Below, piece after piece: positions 8,846-17,287 of a DNA stretch of 31,541 nucleotides (its first letter is position 1; each line of letters opens with the position of its first letter). The position numbers and the translations under genes are program-made. The notes under the pieces are model-generated. The model had not been told where the DNA came from and made no database searches. It was given only the letters and a program-made list of their open reading frames with translations. This DNA is from Clostridia bacterium (GTDB lineage: Bacteria; Bacillota; Clostridia; Oscillospirales; CAG-382), in NCBI GenBank assembly GCA_017560285.1, contig JAFYOG010000160.1, forward strand, positions 1-31,541, read 5' to 3'.

Positions 8846-9894
8846 AAAAGCTTGACGAAAACAAAAAGAAGCAGCTTATTTCTATGGGCTTTGCCGCGTT
8901 GCTTGCCCTTGCGGCGTTTTTGGCGGCATTGGCTTTTAGAAGAAGCGCAGGTGTTATCGCAATGACACCCTTGGCGTTTGCTATCACCGCCGCCGCGGCT
9001 TTTTTGCCTATTGACGAAAAAACAAAAACCCTGTTTTTTGGCGTTACCGCCTTTTGCTTAAACACCGTTAACGAGCAAAAAATGAGATTTACCCTTATTT
9101 ACACCGCAATAATTACGGTTTCCTGCTTTATTTTTTCTATGGGCGCAAAATATATTTTGCAAAAGAAGAAAAAGGCGGTGGGAATCCCTCTTATAGCGGT
9201 ATGCTTGGTTGCTTGCACGGGTTTGGGCTTGGTATATATGGGCAACCCCGTTGCCGCCGCCAAGGCTAAAGCCGATATTAAGGAATACACCCAAGGGATT
9301 TACCCCGAAAGCGAAAACGCCGCTTTGGGAACGGTGGAGTTTTCGGATATTCAGTATAACTATGCCGACGGCACCTATTTTGTTTATGCCCAAAGCAGTG
9401 TTTACCCTGCCGACCAACAGATTATTTCTGTAAAAAACGGCGGTTTAACAGACCTTTTTAAGCCCTTGATGGAAGACCGAATTCTTGAACCTTATGCAAA
9501 ATCCTTTACCGCCGCTTTAAGAAAAAGCTTCCCCGACGATATGTTTACCGTAGAATGCGACAGCGTGGCATTGTTGCCCGATGAATCTTTGCTTGCCGCC
9601 GAAACCGGCGAATTTTACAGCGATATTACCTACGAAATATGGCTTGGCGGTATACAAAACAACACCGATATGACAGAAGCCGTTATTAGGTATATGAAGG
9701 TTATAGAAAAGCAAAAGCTGCCTTACGACAGAATTGTGTTTACCGGCGGCAGTAACCCTTGGATAGTGCGTGCCGTTACGGTAGAAAACATCACCTATAT
9801 TGATAACGACAATTACAGCGTGGATTTTGTATCCACCGCAACCTCTAACCGCTTTGACCGCTTTATGAATTATTGGATGAAGATAAAAAAATAA
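8842..9894 (+). CDS. Hypothetical membrane protein (several N-terminal hydrophobic segments, soluble C-terminal domain)
   Basis: 350-aa ORF with an ATGA overlap to the RNHCP gene, hydrophobic stretches in the first ~135 aa, and a terminator downstream. Confidence 0.75.
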   Translation: MKKLDENKKKQLISMGFAALLALAAFLAALAFRRSAGVIAMTPLAFAITAAAAFLPIDEKTKTLFFGVTAFCLNTVNEQKMRFTLIYTAIITVSCFIFSMGAKYILQKKKKAVGIPLIAVCLVACTGLGLVYMGNPVAAAKAKADIKEYTQGIYPESENAALGTVEFSDIQYNYADGTYFVYAQSSVYPADQQIISVKNGGLTDLFKPLMEDRILEPYAKSFTAALRKSFPDDMFTVECDSVALLPDESLLAAETGEFYSDITYEIWLGGIQNNTDMTEAVIRYMKVIEKQKLPYDRIVFTGGSNPWIVRAVTVENITYIDNDNYSVDFVSTATSNRFDRFMNYWMKIKK

Positions 9895-9899
9895 GCCTT

Positions 9900-9934
9900 A
9901 ACCGTCGGGTAAAAATCCCGACGGTTTATTTTTT
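9900..9934 (+). terminator. Intrinsic terminator after the membrane-protein gene
   Basis: Stem AACCGTCGGG / CCCGACGGTT, 7-nt loop, then TATTTTTT. Confidence 0.8.
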
Positions 9935-10007
9935 GCTGAATAAACCCGCTTCTCTTGGCAAAAATATGTATGTAAGCATAAAATGGAAATTAAGAGGAGC
10001 ATAAGCT

Positions 10008-10403
10008 ATGAAGATACAAAACAACGACGAAAGCATTCATCGCGGCGATATTTATTATGCCGACCTAAGCCCTGTCGTTGGGTCGGAGCAGGGCGGAATA
10101 AGGCCCGTGCTTATTGTTCAGAACGATATGGGCAATAAATACAGCCCAACGGTTATTGCCGCCGCCATAACCAGCCGCACGGGCAAAACCAAGCTCCCCA
10201 CCCATATAGAGGTTACCGCAGGCGAGAACATAAAGGGCGATACCCACTGCGGGCTTGCAAAAAATTCGGTTATTCTGTTAGAGCAGATACGCACCATAGA
10301 TAAACGCAGACTGAAGGAACGTATGGGTAAGCTTGACGACCGCACCATGCAACAGGTTGACAGCGCAATAGGCATTAGCTTTGGGTTGGGCAACACCCTT
10401 TAA
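10008..10403 (+). CDS. mazF: MazF/PemK family endoribonuclease toxin (EndoA/NdoA-like)
   Basis: [69 protein letters not shown]. Confidence 0.95.
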   Translation: MKIQNNDESIHRGDIYYADLSPVVGSEQGGIRPVLIVQNDMGNKYSPTVIAAAITSRTGKTKLPTHIEVTAGENIKGDTHCGLAKNSVILLEQIRTIDKRRLKERMGKLDDRTMQQVDSAIGISFGLGNTL

Positions 10404-10410
10404 AAAAAGA

Positions 10411-10446
10411 AACTGCACTTTCGGGCAGAAAGTGCAGTTATTTTTA
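10411..10446. terminator. Bidirectional terminator between mazF and the DUF4855 gene
   Basis: AACTGCACTTT / AAAGTGCAGTT stem, A-run on the left and T-rich run on the right, between convergent genes. Confidence 0.8.
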
Positions 10447-12543
10447 TTTCTTTTTGGATTTTGCAACGGTAGCAATGGCAACCACAACCATAAAGCCTGC
10501 CAAAAGGGCTATCATAGGGAACAGCCAAGGGGGCGTTTGCTCGGTTTGACCCGAAGACGGGGGAAGAGGAATATAAATATCCTCGCTTTCCTCGGGGGGT
10601 TGGGTTACGGGGGCAACTGTTACGTTAACGGTATGGGGCTTAGATTGAGAAAAGCCGTCGCTTACGCAAAGGGTAAAGCTGTCTACACCGGCAAAACCGC
10701 TTTCGGGGCTGTAAATTACCGCCGTTTTATCGGCAGAAACGGCAACCTTGCCGTTGGCGGGCTGTGCGGTTATAATAACCGAAATATCGCCCCAATAGGA
10801 GCTTGCATCGGCAATGGAAATAGGAACGATAGCATCACCCTCGGTAATTTCCACCGCTGTATTTCCGCTTATTTCGGGGGGCATATTGTTATAGTTCCCG
10901 TTTATATAACGGTAGGTTATATCGTAAATTCTGCGCAGACAAACACCCTGCTCCGACGAGGTTTTGGCATAACAGCAGTTATAAAGAAAGCCTATGCCCA
11001 TTCCCTGCTCGTACAGATTAACGGCGTTCATATACCCCGTGGTGCCGCCGTAGTAAAGCTGGGCTTCGTAATTGTTGCAGATTGCCTGATAATCCCAGCC
11101 GTTATCGTAGGCGTTAAACAGCTTGGAAAAGCCTATTTCCACGCCCATACGGTTGTTATATACGCTTTTTGCATATTGAGAAAGCATAGTCTGCTTATAG
11201 CTGCCGTTTAAGCCATGCTCGCCATAATTAGATTGCATTACCGCCGCAGTAAAGCCAAGCTCTTCCCATTGGTCGAACCCTGCAAAAAGATATGCAGAGG
11301 AATAAAAGCTTGCAAGGTTTTGCCGTTTTATATACTTGTTTATATCCTTTATAAGCTCTTCTTCCTGCAAGGAAAGGGTATAATCTACCCCTTGAATGTT
11401 TAGAAAGAAGCCAGATAAGTTAAGAAATTCGTAATTATTAAGCTTGAATTCGTCGATACATCTGCTTACGTACCATTTTACAATATCCAAGCGTTCGTCG
11501 GGTTCGGCGGAATATTCGTCGGTGCCGTCGTTATCTATATCGCCAAAGGGTAATTCGGTTAAAGCGGGATAAGGGATTGTAAAATAGACGTTTAGCTTAT
11601 CGGTTATGCCCAAAGCTTGGTAAGCTCTGCCTGCCACCTTATTAAGGGCATCTAAATCCTGCCCCAAGGTAAAGGTATGGGAAAGGTACATTTCCCATTC
11701 TGCAAAGCCCCATTGGCTTTTGCCGTCGGCGGGCAGGTTGCAGGGGGAAAGCAACACGCTGTCGAACATTTTGCCCTTTATTTCCCCTGCGGAATTAACG
11801 TAAGCCACGTAGGGTAAAAGCTCATCCTCGGTAAGAACGCCAAGGGTATGGTCGGTTTCCGCGTGGCCGTTATAAAGCTTTACAATATCCTTGCTTTGGT
11901 TAATCTGCGCGGTATAGCCCTTTTCCAAAGGCTCGTTTTTAGGGTCGAGAGGTCGTTCCGTACCTGCAAGAATGCTGTTGCCGTAAACCGCAACCTCGCT
12001 GCAATAAACGTAGCCGTCGGTGGCATATTCAAGCTTTGCATAGCGGGCGGAATAGGTACGGCGAAGAGCTATATCTATACCGTGAACCCCTTCCTTAACG
12101 TCTGTAAGCCGTTCGCGCAGGTCTTTTTCGCCAACCAACTGATAATCGGTGCCGTTATCCGAAAGATAAAGCTTTATGTACCTTGGCAGGTATATTTGCT
12201 TTTGGGGGGAATGCAAAAATATGGCAAAAGCCGAATCTACACCGCGGTTTTCGCCGAAATCGAACACAATATTGCGGCTTTTTCCGCCGTATGCCTTATA
12301 CCATGCCGCGCTTTCTGCGTTTAGGTCGCCCCAAACGTTATCGCTAAGCTTGCCGTTATCCTCGCCCATTGCAATACCATCGGGAGAAATGCTTCCGTAG
12401 GAATCCGAAATCGGTTCGCCGGTACAAACGTTATAGGGCAAGCCCGCGGAAAGATTTTCCTGCGGTTGTTCTGCCGTTGCCGTAAAGGAAAAAATATTTA
12501 TTATAAAAAGCGTTGCCAACAAAAAAGCCGTTATTTTTCGCAT
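10444..12543 (-). CDS. Secreted, C-terminally anchored DUF4855-domain protein with a probable discoidin/F5/8-like N-domain and an Ig/cadherin-like C-domain
   Basis: Signal peptide MRKITAFLLATLFII; YVAYVNSAGEIKGKMFDSVLL resembles DUF4855; PANGKVAVSADKTAVIYSPESGFAGVDSFT resembles Big_9/cadherin-like repeats; Pro-rich linker, TM helix and KSKKK tail. Confidence 0.7.
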   Translation of the reverse strand: MRKITAFLLATLFIINIFSFTATAEQPQENLSAGLPYNVCTGEPISDSYGSISPDGIAMGEDNGKLSDNVWGDLNAESAAWYKAYGGKSRNIVFDFGENRGVDSAFAIFLHSPQKQIYLPRYIKLYLSDNGTDYQLVGEKDLRERLTDVKEGVHGIDIALRRTYSARYAKLEYATDGYVYCSEVAVYGNSILAGTERPLDPKNEPLEKGYTAQINQSKDIVKLYNGHAETDHTLGVLTEDELLPYVAYVNSAGEIKGKMFDSVLLSPCNLPADGKSQWGFAEWEMYLSHTFTLGQDLDALNKVAGRAYQALGITDKLNVYFTIPYPALTELPFGDIDNDGTDEYSAEPDERLDIVKWYVSRCIDEFKLNNYEFLNLSGFFLNIQGVDYTLSLQEEELIKDINKYIKRQNLASFYSSAYLFAGFDQWEELGFTAAVMQSNYGEHGLNGSYKQTMLSQYAKSVYNNRMGVEIGFSKLFNAYDNGWDYQAICNNYEAQLYYGGTTGYMNAVNLYEQGMGIGFLYNCCYAKTSSEQGVCLRRIYDITYRYINGNYNNMPPEISGNTAVEITEGDAIVPISIADASSYWGDISVIITAQPANGKVAVSADKTAVIYSPESGFAGVDSFTLCVSDGFSQSKPHTVNVTVAPVTQPPEESEDIYIPLPPSSGQTEQTPPWLFPMIALLAGFMVVVAIATVAKSKKK

Positions 12544-12633
12544 TTTATTACTCCAAACCCATTATAAATTTATTATATTGTTATTTTGTCAAAAAATCAA
12601 GAGAAATAATACAATATTAAGGGAGTGATTTTT

Positions 12634-13326
12634 ATGTTGGAAAATCTGCAGGGCAGTTTTATGCTAAACAACGGCAATGCGGCGGTTTCGGCAGACCTTA
12701 AGGGCGGTAACGTTTTTGCCGCAGACGGCTTTTGCAATTACCTTTGGGAATACGGTCAAGAGGGCGATTTGCTGTGTCAACACCCTGCCGTACGCCCCTA
12801 CCGAAGGTTTAGGTACAACGAAAATGCTTGCGTTACAACCGCCTTGGGTTGTTGCAACGGCAACAGCGTTTATATTTTGGATAAGGATTTAAAAGAGCTT
12901 GGTTACGTTAGCCTAAACGGTCTGCAAAGGGACGGTTGCACAAGCTACGGCGGTTTAACCGATGCATCTGTAACCGTTATCGGCAACGAGCTGTTTTTTG
13001 TGGGTGCTTTTTTCGACGGGGCGTTTTTGTTCGATATTCAAGGCAAGCGGCTTACACGGCTGTGCGCGGTGGAAAGGAACGAAACGCTTACCGATTTTAT
13101 CTCTGCAGGGGACGATATTTACGCTATGGCGGTTATTTGCGATAACACGCAAATTATTACCGTTGCCCGCAACGGAATTATATACAACGGAATTCTTTCG
13201 CCGAAATATACGTTGCGTATGCTGTTTTACAAAAACGGCTGTGTTTATGGGCTTTTTGGGCAGGGTTATATTTATAACCGAATTTTTAAAATATTTTCCG
13301 AGGACGTTTTTTATCTGCCGCGGTAA
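12634..13326 (+). CDS. Hypothetical protein (Cys-containing, probably beta-rich)
   Basis: Long ORF with RBS AAGGGAG about 8 nt before ATG 12634 (the track's GTG at 12625 overlaps the RBS). No family recognised. Confidence 0.7.
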   Translation: MLENLQGSFMLNNGNAAVSADLKGGNVFAADGFCNYLWEYGQEGDLLCQHPAVRPYRRFRYNENACVTTALGCCNGNSVYILDKDLKELGYVSLNGLQRDGCTSYGGLTDASVTVIGNELFFVGAFFDGAFLFDIQGKRLTRLCAVERNETLTDFISAGDDIYAMAVICDNTQIITVARNGIIYNGILSPKYTLRMLFYKNGCVYGLFGQGYIYNRIFKIFSEDVFYLPR

Positions 13327-13368
13327 TTTTTAAGCCCCTTTGCAAATATAATTTTGCGGAGGGGTTTT

Positions 13369-13872
13369 ATGAAAAAAGCGTTTGCGATTATTATATTATC
13401 GGTTATATTTATCTGCGGTTGCGGCAACGAAGATATTAAAAACAAATTCGCCCTGCCGTTAGAGCTTACCGCAAGCCTTAACGGCAAGGATTATTTTATA
13501 CAGCGGATTACCCAAGAGGGCTATTCCTTAAGCTTTGATAAGGAACATCCCCTTTTCGGGTTAAATATTGAAATTTGGGGTGATAAGGGTACCGCAACGG
13601 TAGCAGATTTCGTTTGCCCCGTGGAAAGCGGATATTTCCCTGCACAGCACTGCCTTGCAAGGGCTGTAAGGCTTTTGAACGAAAGGGATATTTCTGCCGT
13701 AAAAACCAAAAAGGGTTTTAAGTACACTATTGACGAAACCGTTATTTTGGTGTATTATGATAACGATACAAAGCAGGTTATAGGCATTGAAGCAGAGGAG
13801 AACGGCAGGCGGTTTTATTTTTCCGTCCGTGCCATAACACCCTATGAAAAACCGAGTAACGGCGAAGGTTAA
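13369..13872 (+). CDS. Putative lipoprotein (possibly GerS/YdcC-like by synteny)
   Basis: RBS GGAGG; MKK + hydrophobic stretch + lipobox-like ICGC; directly upstream of alr. Confidence 0.7.
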   Translation: MKKAFAIIILSVIFICGCGNEDIKNKFALPLELTASLNGKDYFIQRITQEGYSLSFDKEHPLFGLNIEIWGDKGTATVADFVCPVESGYFPAQHCLARAVRLLNERDISAVKTKKGFKYTIDETVILVYYDNDTKQVIGIEAEENGRRFYFSVRAITPYEKPSNGEG

Positions 13873-14938
13873 CCTTAACACCATTCGCAACAATTACAAT
13901 TATATACAATCTATTTCCAACGGTAAAATTATGGCGGTTGTAAAAGCAGATGCTTACGGCCACGGCGCCATTGGCATTGCAAAAGAGCTTTCCGCCGCCG
14001 GCTGTACCGATTTTGCCGTTGCCTGCATTACCGAAGCGCAGGAGCTTCGCGCCGCAGGCATTAACGGAAACATTCTTATATTGGGCCCTACCGATGCCCG
14101 CTTTGCCGACGAAATTATCGCGGGGGATTTTATTCAGACCGTAGATAGCTTTGATTACGCCAAAAAGCTTTCGGAATACGGCAAGGTAAGGGTTCACGTT
14201 AAGGTAGATACGGGTATGTCCCGCATAGGTATTTATTGCCACGAAAGCGAAGACGTTGGCTTTGCCGCAAAAGAGGTTGCCGCAATTTCTTGCTGTGAAG
14301 GCATTGGCATGGAAGGGATTTTTACCCACTTTGCCGCCAGCGACGATTGCTGTGGGGATTATACCGAAAAGCAGTTTGCCGTATTTTCTGCCCTGCTTAA
14401 CCGTTTAGAGGAAATGAAGGTTAACGTGGGCACACGCCATTGCTGTAACAGCGCCGCTATTCTTAAATACCCCCGTATGCATTTGGATATGGTTCGCGCA
14501 GGTATTATTTTATACGGTCTTATGCCATCTAAATATTGCATCGACGGCAACATTCTGCCCGCAATGCGGCTTTCTGCCCGCGTTTGCGCGGTACATAAGC
14601 TTAACAAGGGCGACAGCGTAAGCTACGGCTGTACCTACACCGCCCAAGAGGATACCCGCGTGGCGGTAATTTCCATTGGCTATGCCGACGGCTTTTCCAG
14701 AGTATATTCCGGTAAGGAATTTATAAAGATTAACGGCAAAAAATTTGCCACCGTTGGTAAAATCTGTATGGATATGTGTATGGTCGATATCGGTAACGAT
14801 GCAGATTGCAAGGTTGGGGACGAGGCGGTTATATTTGAATCTGCCTTCGATATAGAACAGCTTGCCAACGCGTTGGGCACCATTAATTACGAGATTTTGT
14901 GCTCGTTAAAGCACCGCGTAAAGCTGGAATACAAATAA
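13844..14938 (+). CDS. alr: Alanine racemase
   Basis: PLP-lysine motif AVVKADAYGHGA, HVKVDTGMSRIG, GIFTHFA, VRAGIILYG, SVSYGCTY, IGYADG, GKICMDM, TINYEILC. Confidence 0.96.
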   Translation: MKNRVTAKVNLNTIRNNYNYIQSISNGKIMAVVKADAYGHGAIGIAKELSAAGCTDFAVACITEAQELRAAGINGNILILGPTDARFADEIIAGDFIQTVDSFDYAKKLSEYGKVRVHVKVDTGMSRIGIYCHESEDVGFAAKEVAAISCCEGIGMEGIFTHFAASDDCCGDYTEKQFAVFSALLNRLEEMKVNVGTRHCCNSAAILKYPRMHLDMVRAGIILYGLMPSKYCIDGNILPAMRLSARVCAVHKLNKGDSVSYGCTYTAQEDTRVAVISIGYADGFSRVYSGKEFIKINGKKFATVGKICMDMCMVDIGNDADCKVGDEAVIFESAFDIEQLANALGTINYEILCSLKHRVKLEYK

Positions 14939-14947
14939 TAAGCAAAC

Positions 14948-14979
14948 AAAAAAGATATGCCGCAAAGCATATCTTTTTT
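14948..14979. terminator. Bidirectional terminator between alr and the dockerin operon
   Basis: AAAAAAGATATGC / GCATATCTTTTTT perfect stem with a CGCAAA loop, between convergent genes. Confidence 0.82.
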
Positions 14980-14989
14980 ATTTTGTAAA

Positions 14990-15544
14990 TTATACCCAGT
15001 TATCCGACCAGCCGTTTTCGCCGTTGGTGGGATCGTAAGGGTCGCAGGAATAATCCTTGTTAATTTCATAGGTGCCGAAATATGCGCGCTTTACCTTAAT
15101 GTAATTAATAGGTCTAATGTCGCCCTTGGCATCTGCCCCTGCCGCCTGTCTGGCAAGAGAGTTTGCATAATAAGTGCCCATACAGGTACGCTTGGTAAGC
15201 AAATAATCGCGGGCGGTAAGCTCGCCGTCGCCATCGAAATCGCCCATAACCACAACGGTATACAACGCTCTGCCGTCGACTTTTACGGTAAAGCCGGTGC
15301 CCATATAGGTTGTGCTGGAGGGGTCAAGACGGGTGCCATCTTTATCGAATATTTCCACGCTTTTACCGGTATAAAAAGAGCGGAACACGTTTTGGGGTGT
15401 TTTTAGGGAAATGCCGTAAATAGTACCGTTTTTAATTGTGGGAATAAAATCAACGGTAACGGTTTCGGCATAAGCGCAAAGGCTGAACGCCGAAAGCAAT
15501 AACACGCAAGCCAATAATAAAGAAGTTAATCTAAGACCTTTCAT
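14990..15544 (-). CDS. Small secreted protein with a dockerin-like domain
   Basis: Signal peptide ending AYA; GDFDGDGELTARDYLLTKR Ca-loop/helix repeat and a degenerate second repeat (GADAKGDIRPINYIKVKRAYFG). Confidence 0.78.
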   Translation of the reverse strand: MKGLRLTSLLLACVLLLSAFSLCAYAETVTVDFIPTIKNGTIYGISLKTPQNVFRSFYTGKSVEIFDKDGTRLDPSSTTYMGTGFTVKVDGRALYTVVVMGDFDGDGELTARDYLLTKRTCMGTYYANSLARQAAGADAKGDIRPINYIKVKRAYFGTYEINKDYSCDPYDPTNGENGWSDNWV

Positions 15545-15545
15545 A

Positions 15546-16379
15546 TTACACCTCCACCCATTCTCCGGGGGTTTTTAAAGCCTTGTTGCCTGCTTCGATA
15601 ATGCCCATTACCGAAATAGTTTCGGCATGGTCGGCATAAATTTTGCCGGTTTTAAAGAAATCGCACAGGGCTTTTATAAAATTAGGGAAATAATCGCTCA
15701 TTTGGGGGATTTTTACGGTAGAGCCGTCGGTATAGTTAACGGTTAAATCGAAATCTACACCCGTCCAGCCGTAATGGCTTAACACCGCACGTCTGCCGCC
15801 TGAAAATTCTATAACCATAGATTCGTACATACCGCTGCCCACAGACATCATACGCTTAACGTCGCTGCCCATAAGCATAACGATAGGTTCTATCTGATGT
15901 ATTGCGTAGGTATCGAAATTGCCGGGCCCGCGGGAGTTTATAAAGCAAATGTTTTCTTTGCTAACACCCTCTAATTCGTTGGCAAAGCGCAATGCCGAGG
16001 TAGAAAAGAAGGGGGTGCTGTGCTTTTCGCCTATTTCGGTAATCTGCTTTGCAATTTCCTTAGAAAGGGCAAAGGTTTTATCTACGTAAACCGGCTTTCC
16101 GCTTGCCAAGGGCTCGCGGCATAAATCTAAATGACGTTCGGGGTTATCGGGGGAAAGCACGATAATGCAATCGCTTTTTTCCACAACCTCTTTAATGGTG
16201 CTGCATCTTTCTACACCGAACTTTTCGCACCATTGGTCGGTGGTAAGGCCGTTGGGTTTATCGATCTCGGCATAAGCGTAGGCTACCGTAAAATCGCTTC
16301 CGCACTGGTCTGCAATAAATTTAGGGTAATTGTTTGCGTGCCATTCATCAAGAAAATAATCAATAAAACCTATTTTCAC
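15546..16379 (-). CDS. Gfo/Idh/MocA-like oxidoreductase
   Basis: N-terminal Rossmann-like order, IIVLSPDNPERH, PVYVDKTF (EKP-like), FSTSALRF, YAIHQIEPIV. Confidence 0.75.
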   Translation of the reverse strand: MKIGFIDYFLDEWHANNYPKFIADQCGSDFTVAYAYAEIDKPNGLTTDQWCEKFGVERCSTIKEVVEKSDCIIVLSPDNPERHLDLCREPLASGKPVYVDKTFALSKEIAKQITEIGEKHSTPFFSTSALRFANELEGVSKENICFINSRGPGNFDTYAIHQIEPIVMLMGSDVKRMMSVGSGMYESMVIEFSGGRRAVLSHYGWTGVDFDLTVNYTDGSTVKIPQMSDYFPNFIKALCDFFKTGKIYADHAETISVMGIIEAGNKALKTPGEWVEV

Positions 16380-16382
16380 GGC

Positions 16383-17264
16383 TTATTCTCCCATCTTGCT
16401 TTTAAGAAAGCCAACCGCCATAAGTATATCTGCGTAAGGGTCTGCACCGCATTCCCGCTCGATGGTAAGGTAACCGTCGTAGCCGATATCCTCTAAAGCC
16501 TTAAGATATTCGTTAAAGGGAACGTTGCCCTCGCCAAGGGGAACCTCTAAGAAATAATCGGAAAGACGCAAATCCTCGATACCGCCCTCGGCAAAGAAGG
16601 TATAAACCTTGCGGGGGTCGATAATAAAGCCCTTGCCGTCCTTTGCGTGGGTGTGAACGATATAATCCTTAAGAATATGCACTGCGGCAACGGGGTCGTC
16701 GCCGGCGCACATAACAAGGTTTGCAGGGTCCATATTTACACCAAAGCCCTTGCTGTTTACGTCGTCAAGCAGCACCTTTAAGCGAGCCGCGGGCTCGGGG
16801 CCGGTTTCTACCGCAAAGGTAACGCCCAAAGAAGCGGCGTATTCGCCTATTTCGCGGCAGGCGGAAAGCATATTTTTGTATGCCTCGCATTCTTTATCTG
16901 CCTTAAGAATATCGTTTTTATCCTCGGGCACTACGCCGATATGGGTGGTAACCACCTTGGTTCCCAATTTTACAGCCAAATCTGCCGCCGCCTTAGATGC
17001 AGGCACCTTCCAAGCGTTTTCATCGGCACGTTCAAAGCCGTGGCCGCCGAAATCGCTGCAGATTGCAGAAATTTCCAAGCCGTATTTTTCTAATAAGCCC
17101 CGCACGCGGGCTACCTTTTCGTCATCGAAGGTATCGTACTTCATTTCGCCGTTTACAACGTAAAGCTGAATCCCCTGTGCGCCAACCTCTGCCGCCTTTG
17201 CAAGGGCAGATTCGAAGGGAAGAAGGAAGGAATCGGTAATAACGCCTATTTTAAATGTTTTCAT
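16383..17264 (-). CDS. Sugar phosphate isomerase/epimerase family (xylose isomerase-like TIM barrel)
   Basis: Metal-ligand pattern AVETGPE, NMDPANL, HTHAKD, LTIERE; VPLGEGNVPF. Confidence 0.88.
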   Translation of the reverse strand: MKTFKIGVITDSFLLPFESALAKAAEVGAQGIQLYVVNGEMKYDTFDDEKVARVRGLLEKYGLEISAICSDFGGHGFERADENAWKVPASKAAADLAVKLGTKVVTTHIGVVPEDKNDILKADKECEAYKNMLSACREIGEYAASLGVTFAVETGPEPAARLKVLLDDVNSKGFGVNMDPANLVMCAGDDPVAAVHILKDYIVHTHAKDGKGFIIDPRKVYTFFAEGGIEDLRLSDYFLEVPLGEGNVPFNEYLKALEDIGYDGYLTIERECGADPYADILMAVGFLKSKMGE

Positions 17265-17287
17265 AATTTTACCTCTTTAAAGATTTA

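Noticed and set aside
9938-9984. Possible sigmaF/sigmaE-type promoter upstream of mazF (GAATA...GGCAAAAATA; CATAAAAT)
   Set aside because: Spacing is off consensus and the motifs are degenerate in AT-rich DNA; not supportable without TSS data.
10381-11211. 276-aa plus-strand ORF
   Set aside because: Antisense shadow of the DUF4855 gene; crosses the terminator and has no recognisable motifs.
13778-14329. 183-aa minus-strand ORF
   Set aside because: Antisense to alr; no motif support.
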